Origin: Octopus bimaculoides
Lineage: Eukaryota
DNA length: 64,000 nt
Reading direction: 5' to 3'
NCBI RefSeq assembly: GCF_001194135.2
Contig: NC_068994.1
Coordinates: forward strand, 17,854,558 to 17,918,557
Positions 51,201-62,785 of the stretch are shown here, piece after piece (position 1 is the stretch's first letter; each line of letters starts with the position of its first letter). Position numbers and translations under genes: made by a program. The notes beneath the pieces were generated by a model, which was given only the letters and a program-made list of their open reading frames with translations, did no database searches and had not been told where the DNA came from.

Positions 51201-54200
51201 AGTATTAATTGCTTGTTGAGATGGCCCCATTTACCTATATGTTTATTATGATGGTTGTTTACAATATAGAAAATACAACTGCTTTGAGTTGCTTGTGTAC
51301 ACATGTTGTTTGTTGTTGCAATAAACAAATAATCTTTAGTTCCATGGTCCATAGTGTAGATAGTAAATTCATGTATGTGTGGCTACTGGAGAGAGAAAGA
51401 GAGAGCTGGTCTAGGCAGGTTGAGAACACAAGCAGCGTGTTGTCCCACATATAAAGGTATTACTTCTCCATTGGTACTGGAAGAAGGAAGGAAGAGGTAA
51501 AGTAGATGTGCTCTCTGATCAGAACCAGCAACCAAAGAGAATGAAAGCAATTTGGCTTTGGTTATTTACATTGTTCTTCACCAAACTAGGTTCAAGCTAA
51601 AACAAAGGATTTCCCAAATCTAATCAGCTTTGACCTATGTTTGACTCAAAAAGGGCTAAGAAGTCAGTTCATTTTCACAAATTTCCTAGTGCAACAGGCT
51701 AGAACAATTGGCTGAGGACTTGTAAGAAAATTATGGATTTGATTTTAAATCCTGGTTTAGACATTTTGTGGCAGTTTTCTTCACATGCACACAAATTGTT
51801 TCTTTCTCTTTCTAATTAAAAAAAAAAAATTTTTTTGAAATGATTAAATCATCCTTTTCTGGTTTTTGAAAGATCACCTTGTATTCCTTTACCATTTGTT
51901 CCTTCAGAGTCCCAAAAATGCTTTGAGCCTTACTTTAAATTATTACTAGGTTTGAGATTGTGTGTTTTTTTTATCCAGTCTCCACTCTAGGGCATTGACA
52001 ATTTCTCTATTTCGCAGATAAATTCTTGTTGTTTCTTTGTCATTATTGTTGACTGCATAGCAACAGAATTTTTTACTGCATTTTAAACTCATTTTTTTCA
52101 TCATCATCATGATCGTTTAACGTCTGCTTGCCGTGCTGGCATGGGTTGGATGGTTTAACTGAGAGCTGGGAGGCTGTATTAGGCTCCAATCTGATTTGGC
52201 AAGGTTTCTATAACTGGATGCCCTTCCTAACACCAACCACTCAAAGTTGTAGTGAGTGTTTTTTATGTGCCACTGGCACAGGAGCCAGTCAGGTGGCACT
52301 GACATAGGCCATGCTCAAATGGTGCTTTTTACATGCCTCCAGCACGGGTGACAGTCAGGCAGCACTGGCATTGATCAAGCTCAGTGTTCCATGAAAACAT
52401 GTCTGACCATGGAGAAATATTATCTTGCTTTGGAACAGGTAAGAGGTTGATGACAGGAAGAGCATCAAACTAGAAAAATCTACCTCGCTCAATTCTGACT
52501 CGTGCAAGCATGAAAAAATGGATATTAAAATGATCACACACACACACACACACATGTAAATCACCTTTTCATTTTATCTTTTTCAAGGAACTTTGGACAA
52601 GGACCAATCCTTTGGTTCCACTTTGGATAATCGGCGTGAAACTATTGGTTCTTCAAAAATAGGTTCTTTTGTCTCAAGCAGCTCTAATTATAATAGAAGA
52701 CATACAATAGTGCCAACAAAAGCATATGAAATTCGCCATAAAATTGCAACTGGAGCACTTTTCTCTCAGAACAGGTAGGGTTTGGATTTTTTTAAAAGAT
52801 GCATTAAACTAATTGAGCTAAATAAAATTATTGAATTAAAGAAAAAAATGCTAAAGATTTCTTAATATTGGTGTTTGTTCAATCTAGTTTCTGTAACACT
52901 AAGTAGTTTACAAAAGAAAAACTTGACAGATAAAATGATAGTGAATGAGGTAATTTTGCAAGAAACCACAGCAGATATCTCCAGTGAAGGGAACTATATA
53001 GCAAGCAGAATCAAATGAGTTTGCCCAGATATATAATCTGAGGCTTGTAATAAAAAATGAACTCAATACTCATGAATCTTCCTAAGTTGTTGTGTTGTTT
53101 TGTTGTTTAGATTTGACCCTCCGATCTTTCTTTAGTTGCATTTAAAATCATCTTTAACCCTTTTATAACCGGTTTTTATTTCAGTTAATTTTGAAAATAA
53201 GTAATTTGTGAAAATAGTTTTATTATTATTAAGCTGGAGTCTGAAACAAAAATTACTAGGAAATTTTACTGGAAGGTTTTGAGGTCACTTTAAAAACAGA
53301 GTTTGTCTCATAGAACCAGGCACAGTTTCAAGCAGGTTGCTATCAAAAGGGCTAATGTGTCTTGCTCTTTTCAAGATGATAGTTTGTAATTTGTGTGAAA
53401 TTTGGCTGCTTTTTCTCACAGTCTCGATTATCATAGTGACTCTCAGCATGCTTGAGTTATTAAGAGATGTAGACATCTTTTTATATTAAATCAATAATAT
53501 AACTTACATATTTAACACACACAATCTTCTTTCATGTGAGCCTGGGACCCTTTAAAACCTTTCCTTTCACATGTTTAGTGGCAGACTGCTCTAAGGACTG
53601 GACAAAAGATATTCCATGTAAACATACTGTTGTCCACAACACAAACTTGTGTGTTTTCTTCCAAATTATTTCAGTTGTTTAATTCTGTAACATTTGAATA
53701 AATCTGTACAATACCACCATGGAAAACAGACATATGATTTGTTACATCAATTTATTTCAGTAATTCAGAAATTTACTCACTTATTTAAATAAGATGATGG
53801 TAGTGCCTGTGACAAAAAAAAAAAAATACCATTACACATTGTAAGGTAGTTAGTGTTAGGAAGGGCATCCAATCATAGAAAACAAAATATGCTGACACTG
53901 ACACTGGAGCATGGGGCAGCTCTGCTGCTTACCAGATCCTATCAATGCATTTGGTCCATTCCAACATGGAAAATAGACCTTAGATAATGACGATGGTGAA
54001 GATAGGATGATTTCCTTGTCGGATTTAGAACTTATAGTATTTTTTGCTTTTTATATTTTTGTGGAACACTAGAAATAAAGGACACTGTATGATGGTGACA
54101 CTTGCTTACAAGTATCACACAGTATCAAGGCAAGGGGACAGTAACCCATGCACAAGCATATATTCATACAATATGGTTTCTTTCAGGTTCCATCTACGAA

Positions 54201-57200
54201 ATCTAGGATTTAGTTGACTTAGGGCTATAACAGAAGATACTTGCCATGCAATGGGACTGAACCCCAAACCCTGTGGTTGGATATTAATGTTTATGTTACT
54301 TTTGTATTAATTACTCTTTTATTTGTTTCAGTTATTTGACTGTGGCCATGCTAGAACATTGCCTTGAAAGGTTTTTTTCAGTCAAATGAATTGGCCCTAG
54401 TACTTATTCTATTGGTCTCTTTTGCTGAACCGCTAAGTTACAGGTTTGTAAACACACAAACACCGGTTGTCAAGCAATGATAGGGGGACAAAGACACATA
54501 CACATACACACATATGATGGGTTTCTTTCAGTTTCCATCTATCAAATCCACTCCAAATGCTTTGGTTGGCGTGAGGCTATAGTAGAAGACACTTGCCCTA
54601 GGTACCATGTAGTGCGACTGAACCCGGAAGCATGTGGTTGGGAAGAAAGCTTGTTATCACACCACCACACCTGCACCTATTAATGTATTTTTCTAATTAA
54701 TGTATTTTTCTCTTATTTTCTAGTTATGAATCTAGTAAGGATAGAATTGCCACACCTTCACGTCGCCGAGACACTGATCTGTCTAATTGTGATAAACGGC
54801 AGGTACAGAAGAATTTTTTGTTTTCTTTTGCTTAATTTTAGTGTGAATTTATTTCCCTTAGTGAGTAACCTTTAGGATTGCACTCAGGTAATCTGGGTAC
54901 AATTCCTAATAAGGAAAATATTTAAATTTAGAATTTTCTTGTAAATTTTACATTAAGAAATTGAATATGGTGTTCTTCTGAAGAATTTCTGGAGTAACAT
55001 TATTCAACAGGGTGCGTAGCTCAGAGATCAGGGAGTCTCTCCAGGTTGAGCTGTTACTTCTCAGCATTGAGAGGTCACAACTCCAGTACTGTGATTAGAA
55101 TGGCACAAGAAAGAATCTCAAGACATTCTTGAAGCCAAAGATACCTAGGGGTAGACCAAGAATGAGATGGTTGGATAATAACCACCTTAATTGGTCATAC
55201 TTGGGAATCCAGCTGGAAAATCTGATGATGGTTGCTTCGGATAGAACCCTATGGAGGAGGTATCTGTGAACTCTATCCCCATGACTCTTCCAGGAATAGT
55301 GGATAGAGAAGATGGGTAGATGGAAATAGATATGGAATAGGGTACTTTAGATTTTAAGGAAGTTAAAGATATGTTAGAAAAAGTGTTGGTGATTTCAAAT
55401 GATAATAGGGGGCTAAATGTCATTGTTTTTCTTTCTTATGATCATAATGACTCTGATAAGTGGATCATGTGTTCTACCCTCCATCTCACTTTAGTGTTTC
55501 AGTTGTTGTTGTTGTTGTTGGCACTCTGTCGCTTACGACGTCGAGGGTTCCAGTTGATCCGATCAATGGAACAGCCTGCTCGTGAAATTAACGTGCAAGT
55601 GGCTGAGCACTCCACAGACACGTGTACCCTTAACGTAGTTCTCGGGGATATTCAGCGTGACACAGTGTGACAAGGCTGACCCTTTGAATTACTGGCACAA
55701 CAGAAACAGGAAGTAAGAGTGAGAGAAAGTTGTGGTGAAAGAGTACAGCAGGGTTCGCCACCATCCCCTGCCGGAGCCTTGTGGAGCTTTAGGTGTTTTC
55801 GCTCAATAAACACTCACAATGCCCAGTCTGAGAATCTAAACCGCGAGCCTATGACTGTGAGTCCACTGCCCTGACCACTGGGCCATTGCGCCTCCATTAG
55901 TGTTTCAGTACCAGTGCTGTAATAAGCTAGTCTTTGTTCATTTGTTCATGAATGTTTCTTTTTCCATGTCAGCATGGGCTGGAAGGGGAATTATTTGGGA
56001 CAGGATCTATAACTGGATGCTCTTTCTGTTACTAACTCTCACTTGTTTATCAAATAAAAGACTTTTTATTCTACAAGCCTTTCAAAGCATAGAGTGAAAC
56101 CTTGTGGTTGGTATGGCAATTTATTTTTAAGAGCATGTGATACTTTTATCATTGCTGTTGTAATTAATGTTAGGATGTTTTGCCTTAATTTTCAGTGCAA
56201 GAATTGTGATTCTTCTAAAGAAAACAGGAGACCCGTTGAAATTTTATACAACAGTTGTCATTTGAAGAATCCTACATCTGTTTGTGATTCTGATTTTCCA
56301 AATGATAAACCTATTTCTAAATTGGAAGCCTCTCATTGTTTGAGTGATTCTTCAGGCAAAATATCTTGTAACAGGAAGCAGAGAGAAAGGTTGACAACAA
56401 AACAGTGAGTGATTTTTTATTTTACCTTTTCATTGTTTTGAGGTTAGTATTTTAATTAAAATTAATGTTTACTATGTAACCAATGGATAATCTATAATTT
56501 TAAGTTTCTTTCTTTGTATCTCTCAATTTTATTAATTTATGAATGGAACTATCTATATTCTTTTATTAGTTCTATTTTCTATTATTAGTTCTATATTCTT
56601 TTATTAGTTTCATTTGAAGTTTGATATGTATTCAACTCAAATATTTGAAGGTGGTACTAGGGTACCATTGTCAAATATTTTAGTTGATTATAATAACCTT
56701 AATACTTTATTTCATTATGGTACATTATTGATTCTAGTTTCTTGAAGTACCTTTTTGATGTAAAGAGGTGTGACTCAACACCAGTATATACTCATATAAA
56801 CGTCCACACACATCCACATATGCCTATCAGAAATCCACTCACAAGATGCTGTGACAATCACAGAAGATACTTTTCTGTTGAGCTAGGAACCATATACTTA
56901 ACCACATGCTGGAAATTGGAATTGAAACCAGACTGCCAATTATTAGCATTATTGTCTCTGATATCAGAGTGATCTGCACCAAATTGGAAGAATGAGTTGG
57001 TAATAAGAGTACATATTAAGTAGGAAAAGTTAGTTGACTTGCAATATGGTATCCTGAGAAGCAAGCCCAAACTGGTCAATATTTGTTGTTGGACTGAGGG
57101 AACCTTTAACCCATTAGCATTTAAAGTGGCTGTATCTGACCCAAATATTCTACCTGTTTCACATTCAAACTGGCTGGATCTGGCTTCTTACACCTCCCCT

Positions 57201-60200
57201 AGAATGTCATTCTAAAAATAATCAATCACATCTTCAAGATATTAAAGCTATAGCATAATGCATGATAAATTCAAAACATAATTAAACAAGCATTATATTT
57301 GACAGAACAATTTGAATGCTAAAAGGTTAACATACCCCATCTGGTTTCATCCCAGTTCTTGGATAAGAACTGGGATGAATTGATGCATAGCATGGCTAAT
57401 CTCACTTAGAAATTACCTGACAGGAAGATATCCTTAAAAAGTTTAATAGAAATGGTTAATGTCAACTTTACTTTGGTGATATATTAGTATCACAGCTAGG
57501 AATTTTTGACTAGATTTTAACATCTGTTCTTGAATGTCTTGTGGAAAGACAAGTTTCTTTGGTTAGAAAGTCTGGAAATTAACTGAGAAAATGATCTCCC
57601 TGAGAGGTTTGGGAAGAGTTGATCGATGTTCAAATCACTTTGGTGATATACTACCACCTGATCTGAGAAAGTCTGATTTGATTTTAATATCTGTTCCTCT
57701 AAAAAGGTGGTGAGCTAGCAGAATTATTAGCATGCTGGACAAAATGCTTAGCAGCATTTCATCCATCTTCATGTTCTGAGTTCAAATTCTGCTGAGGTTG
57801 ATTTTGCCTTTCATCCTTTCAGAGTTGTTTAAATAAATACTAGTTGAACAGTGGGGTCAATGTAATTGACTTACCCACTTCCTCGAAATTGCTGGCCTTG
57901 TGTCAAATCTGAACGTTGTCTCAAAATGCTGAAGCTCATGCAGAGATTTCTTGAAGGAAATGTAGTGGTGGCTATTGTTTGTCAAGCATGTGTCCTCACA
58001 ACTCCTCTCTTTTTAACTGAGCTACAATTCTTTGTGAAGGGATAGGTTGTTGGCATCAACAGTGTTGCCATGCATTTATACTCTCTTTCAGTTGGGTAAT
58101 TCAGTCAGTGGAATGTCAACTTTTGTATTTTATAGGTGACTGAAATCTATGAGCAACAAGATCCTTGGGAATATTCTAAGAAGGATGGCTTACAACTATA
58201 TCACATTGAATGCACTAGTTCTCACCCAATCATCGAAGTTAAGCAACGTCAAACCTAGTTAATACTTAGTAATTGACTTACACCCTTCTCCTAAATTGCT
58301 AGTCTTTTGCCAAAATTTGAAATCTATATTCTGAGAAGGGTGTGTAGAATATTTTTTCCTGGATGATTTCCAGGTTTGGAATTATGGATAATTACAAGAG
58401 TTCTTGGTTTGGCAGTACTACCAAAAGTGATTATCAATTCAAACTAAGCCTCACAGACACATTGTTGTTGTCAGTAAGACTCTTCTAGTATACTGATATA
58501 CTGAAAGAATGTCAAAGCCATCAGTATCTGCAGTTAGTTGCTTTGTTATGTCAAAGGAAGACCATCATATACAATGGACCTGTCTGTTGTTCGAGTTCAC
58601 TGTGAAGATTATTCCATCACGTTTTTTTGGCAATGAAGGGATAGTTAGTATTGTTCTGCATTGTAGTTATGATGAAAGATCTAGTTATGTCAGACGAAAT
58701 TGAATGATATGTGAACAGGACTTTCTTGTGAAACAAAAATTAAGAATGCCACTACATAAAGTATGAGTTCCATTAATGCTGATAAAGGATATGAAAGAAA
58801 ATAGTATGACAACATTTTATAAACAAACTTTGAAAGTGTCAAGTTGTTTGGTATTTTACAGACAAGAAAGTAAATTTCAAATGCAGTATAGCTGTGGAAA
58901 CAGCAGAAAGATTGGCTATTTTTACCTTTATATGATGGAAAAAAAAGTCACCAGCAATTCAAAATTTACTTTCTTGTCTGTAAAATAGAAAATAGTATGT
59001 GTTTCTTAATTTTTTTTTTAACTCTGTGTCTTTATAACTGGGGTTTAAAAAGCTAGGTTTTTAGTGGTATTGATATATCTTTATTAAATCCTTTTTTCAA
59101 TTTATCTTTTTTTTAGGCAGACTTGTGAAAAATTAACACCAAAATCTGAAAAAAAAGGTATGTCTGAATTCTACTCTCTACTATAGCTTTTTATTTTCTT
59201 CATAAGAGATAGGCCAAGAGTTTCATTATTAATTAACTGCAAAGATTTTAATGCAAATATTATAAGACATTATAAAACAACAATTTGAGATTAAAAGAAG
59301 CAGCAGGCCCACCAATGGTACGCAAACCATGTAACTATCTGTCACTTGGCAAGTGATAGATATGTGGTACCAGTTTCATCTGTGGGTTTGTTAATTGTTT
59401 ATATTTCAAATTGGTGTTTGCATTTTTTTCTTTACTACTTTCAACCAGAGAGCTTTGACCATGCTGGGGCACCGCTGTTATTTTTGCTACACTCTCACTA
59501 CTTGAAACCTCCTCTGATATGTGGCATGTGGTGAATGAGGGAGTTTGGTGTTACTGCCTTCATCTGCATTTCCTCCTCCGAGGTAGGTTCATCCAGAACT
59601 CTTGACAGGAGAAGATCCAGTTTTATTTTGAAGACACCTACATCCATCCCTTGTAGGACTTTCAGGTTTTTAGGGAGGATACTGAAAAGCTGTGGACCCT
59701 TGAAACCCAAGCTGTTGCAGAATCTGATCCTGTATCCTGATGCCAATGTTGGGATCTTTGGCATGTTTAATAACAAATGGTTTCATGTTTTATTGAGTTT
59801 TAGAGTTAATCATTGTCTAGCATCCCACATCAAACATGTCCAATTATCAAAAAGTTAGATGCCCTGTTTTTGTCCTATTTACTTGCTTGAGTGTCTACTC
59901 TGATATTTAAGCAGGATATTAAGGCCTGGAAAAGCCCTTAATAAATGATTAAAAAAATAAATTCTTTCTTTTTTTTGGTTTTCATTATTTTATGTTTTTG
60001 TTGTTCACAATTTTGTTTTTTAGCTCATTATTAAATACTTGTAGAAAGACTTCCTTCTGGGCAGTTTTCTACTAGTTGCTAAATGATATTCATTTGATTT
60101 CGAATTTGTGTAATTTTGCTGATGTTTTGTTTAATTTTAATTTGTATCATCTAATAGTACTCACTTGCTCAGTAAATAAATCAAAGGTGTCTTCATCATC

Positions 60201-62447
60201 ATTTAACATCTGTTTTCCATGCTGGCATGTTAGGCAGTTTGACCATTGCTGGTAAGCCGGAGAGCTGCACCAGGTTCCAGTTGTCTGTTTTGGCTTGGTT
60301 TCTATGGCTGGATGCCCATCCTAATGCCTACCACTTTACGGAGTGTACTTGGTGTCTCTTATGTGTCACTGGCATGAGTGCCCTTTTATGTGTTACTGGC
60401 ATGGGTGCTTTTTACATGTCACAGCATAGGTGCCTTTTACTTGTTACCAACACAGGAGCCTTTTACATATTGGCACTGCTCATAACCAAAATTTCACTCT
60501 GCTTGATGTGTCTTCTCAAGCAAAGCAAATCCCTAGAAGTCTTGGTCATTTGTCATCGAAATATGTCCCACCAATGTTGTCTCCTCATAACTTTCTGAGA
60601 AATGAATATTTGTTGATGAAATATTCTACAAATATGTTTCAGATGGTGTAGATTATATCAGAATTCAATGTGAAAAAACAGAGGGGTATGACTGATGTTT
60701 TTCACTCATACATTTTAATGAATTAATTATAATTATGTTGAAAAAAAAAAAAAATTACCTTTGAGTCCCATATGATTCCTGCTATTTCTAGCATATTAAA
60801 CGACAGCATAGAAGATGAGATCTAATTTTTCTCACTGTATTAAGATGTGATGTAAAGGTATATGAAGGCATGAATCAATAAAATATCTCTGGACAATGTA
60901 AATTGAATAAAGTCTACCTGTTGGTATTGCAGAGTTAATAAAGTTTGTATAATAGTGTTGGAAACTCTTAAAACTGTCTGAATTTATGTCTGTGTTACCA
61001 GGTTCTAATATGCTTAAACCCTGTTGTCGTAGAAATATTTTCAAACCTGTTAACTGCAATGATGCATCATTTTCCTTGTTGGATGAAGATCAGGTAAATA
61101 AAGAAGTAATACGTTTTTGTATTTGTACTGTTATGCATATCTTTCTCTTTTCATTTTTAGTTTATTTTGATATCTTTGAAGAAGAAAAAGGGGCAAATAA
61201 AGTAGTTATGTTCGATCTGTTATAGCTATGTAGTTCTGTGAAGGCATGTGGCTAAGTGGTGAGGGCATTTGGCACATGATTGTATGGTCATGAGTTCAAT
61301 TTTTGGCAGTGTATTGTGTCCTTGAGTAAGAAACTTTATTTTTCATTGCTCCAGTCCTGTCAGCTTGCAAAAATGAACTGGCACTTCAATGGGCCAGTTA
61401 TATCGCATTCTATGTCATGCTGAATCTAAGAACTATACTAAGAGTACATGTGTCTGTGGAGTGCTCAGCCACTTGCACATTAATTTCATAGGTGGGCTGT
61501 CCTGTTGATTGGATCAGCTGAAATCCTTGTCATTGTAACCTATGAAGTGCCAGTTTTTATTTTTTAAAGTTATGTAGTCCTAATTATACTAATTAAGTCA
61601 GAGAAACATAAGTAGGTGAATTAACTGGTTGTCAATCCGATAACCAAAGATTTGACTGTCAATATCCTATAAATGGTGCCTCGTTATGTTAAATGACCAA
61701 TACACTTGTAGCAGGAATATCTACTGGAGCATTCCAGTGGGACTTGTCATGCCACTAATCAATCCATTCGATCTCCCTTCTTATATCAGCTGTTGAACTC
61801 TTTACCTGTGTAAATATCTCCTCTTTTGTTGAGAGTAATGGCACTACACATTTTGTTTACTATTAGAAAAATAAATGATTTTCATTTAAAATTTCAATGG
61901 AATGCATGTTCTTTTCAGTCAACATGATACCAATCATTACCTTGCTGATGGACACCTAAAAATATCTTATGCACTAAACATTGAAATAGTAAAAAATTAT
62001 CTTGGCATGGTAAAGAGGATCAACAATGTATAATTGATGTATGCTTTGTTTATCTATGATACTGAATTAAAATCCTCTCTTGAATATAATATTCATTTCA
62101 AATTTTGGCACAAAATGATTTTCTATAATTATTATTTAAGGAGAATATTTAAATTTTACATTTGATATAAAACTACTAAATTTCTTTTTTTTTTTATTCA
62201 AAATATACAATTTCATCTTCATAATGTCTTTTCTTTTTAAATTATAATGTATAATCTTAATTTAAACATGCTAATCATGCTTGAAATTACATGTACTTAT
62301 ATATTTTTTTTCATTCAATTGTATATCTAGCAAAAGACACGTTTCAAACAAAAAGATTTAGATATGTTATACAACAATTACATCCAAACCCTTTATCTTG
62401 ATAAAATGGTGCTGAAAGCAATTCAGAAGAGAGAAGCTGATGCGGCA
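44417..62447 (+). CDS. HAUS8: HAUS8-like paralog, copy 2 (3'-partial). Exons: 44417-44457, 49808-49890, 52588-52774, 54724-54802, 56196-56404, 59117-59157, 61002-61093, 62331-62447
   Basis: Eight exons with canonical AG/GT sites join into 849 nt = 283 uninterrupted codons ([20 protein letters not shown]...[29 protein letters not shown]). Five of them are collinear homologs of copy 1 exons A, B, E, H and I, with homologous intron flanks. Confidence 0.72.
45742..46415. repeat. large fold-back palindrome with telomere-like (TTAGGG-variant) blocks
   Basis: Arms 45742-46043 and 46064-46415 are reverse complements with a loop of about 20 nt; a single-arm relative lies at 7140-7375. Confidence 0.9.
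46890..47075. repeat. short hairpin / MITE-like inverted repeat
   Basis: GTGCAATAGG..GCTGGCGAACGGGG (46890-46958) versus CCCCGTTCGCCAG..CCTATTGTAC (47008-47075). Confidence 0.85.
47225..47705. repeat. diverged inverted repeat, arms about 210 bp
   Basis: The + and - ORFs give near-identical peptides ([17 protein letters not shown] versus [17 protein letters not shown]). Confidence 0.8.
48380..49012 (+). mobile_element. mariner transposase C-terminal fragment (pseudogenised)
   Basis: [24 protein letters not shown] and [16 protein letters not shown] motifs with stops and frameshifts. Confidence 0.88.
49030..49400 (+). mobile_element. degenerate LINE 3' fragment (RTE-like)
   Basis: [17 protein letters not shown] pattern with stops. 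Confidence 0.5.
49808..49890 (+). CDS. copy 2 exon 2 (2 to 1): [27 protein letters not shown]
   Basis: TCAG acceptor, TAG|gtatgt donor; phases bridge exons 1 and 3. Confidence 0.6.
52588..52774 (+). CDS. copy 2 exon 3 (1 to 2): [20 protein letters not shown]...GALFSQN
   Basis: Pyrimidine tract + AAG acceptor, CAG|gtaggg donor; matches ORF 52593-52778. Confidence 0.7.
54310..54678 (-). mobile_element. SINE family A, reverse orientation
   Basis: Reverse complement of the family A head and tail. Confidence 0.75.
54724..54802 (+). CDS. copy 2 exon 4 (homolog of A): [26 protein letters not shown]
   Basis: ttttctag acceptor, CAG|gtacag donor; the downstream intron also aligns with about 5865-5925. 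Confidence 0.8.
55010..55300 (+). mobile_element. RTE-type LINE 3' fragment
   Basis: [12 protein letters not shown]; aligns with 9670-9950. Confidence 0.6.
55513..55895 (-). mobile_element. SINE family C, full length, with (AAC)n tail
   Basis: Same head and body as 39314-39679. Confidence 0.85.
56196..56404 (+). CDS. copy 2 exon 5 (homolog of B): [17 protein letters not shown]...RERLTTK
   Basis: ttttcag acceptor; CA|gtgagt donor identical to that of exon B. Confidence 0.85.
58188..58269 (+). pseudogene. 3'-truncated 5S rRNA pseudogene or 5S-derived fragment
   Basis: GCTTACAACTATATCACATTGAATGCACTAGTTCTCACCCAATCATCGAAGTTAAGCAACGTC aligns with the recalled 5' two-thirds of invertebrate 5S rRNA, including GAAGTTAAGC. 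Differences are mostly transitions. Confidence 0.8.
58742..58803 (+). pseudogene. decayed pseudo-exon homologous to copy 1 exon D, with a nonsense codon
   Basis: Ungapped alignment to the 3' part of exon D (about 70% identity by eye). GAA has become TAA at 58757-58759, and the CAG acceptor at the homologous position reads GTG. Confidence 0.65.
59117..59157 (+). CDS. copy 2 exon 6 (homolog of E): [13 protein letters not shown]
   Basis: Poly-T + AG acceptor, AAG|gtatgt donor; flanks homologous to those of exon E. Confidence 0.75.
59285..59850 (-). mobile_element. CR1/L2-like LINE 3' fragment
   Basis: ORF 59498-59776(-) [38 protein letters not shown]. Confidence 0.7.
61002..61093 (+). CDS. copy 2 exon 7 (homolog of H): [30 protein letters not shown]
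   Basis: CCAG acceptor, CAG|gtaaat donor; matches ORF 60986-61225. Confidence 0.8.
62331..62447 (+). CDS. HAUS8: copy 2 exon 8 (homolog of I): [39 protein letters not shown]
   Basis: CTAG acceptor, GCA|gtaagt donor; 117 nt, the same length as exon I. Confidence 0.9.
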
Positions 62448-62476
62448 GTAAGTAGTTATCAATCCTCTCTCTTTTT

Positions 62477-62524
<48 letters not shown>

Positions 62525-62544
62525 ATGATAAAGGAATAAATAAT

Positions 62545-62785
62545 TATCTTCATTGGCTTACAGCTGTTTCTGCTATAGGAAGCAGTGGACTCATAGTTGA
62601 ATACCTGAATAACACCTTATAGCTTCATCATTGCATACATACAAATGTAGCTCTTTCCCAAATGAGTCTCACTTCATATTCAAGGCTCCAGTGAAACTAT
62701 AAGGCACTCACCTATGAGTCTACTGCATCTTATAGCAGAAACAGTTGTAAGCTAATGAGGTTTGTAAGATTTTCATTTATTCCTT
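62545..62785. repeat. inverted-repeat element; single-arm relative at about 37140-37260
   Basis: TTACAGCTGTTTCTGCTATAGG..GTGGACTCATAG versus CTATGAGTCTAC..TTATAGCAGAAACAGTTGTAA. Confidence 0.7.

Noticed and set aside
5700-62447. The two gene copies as uncollapsed haplotypes, or as one gene with an internal repeat
   Set aside because: Divergence is far too high for alleles and repeat insertions differ. Copy 1 ends in a stop codon and copy 2 has its own candidate start exon.
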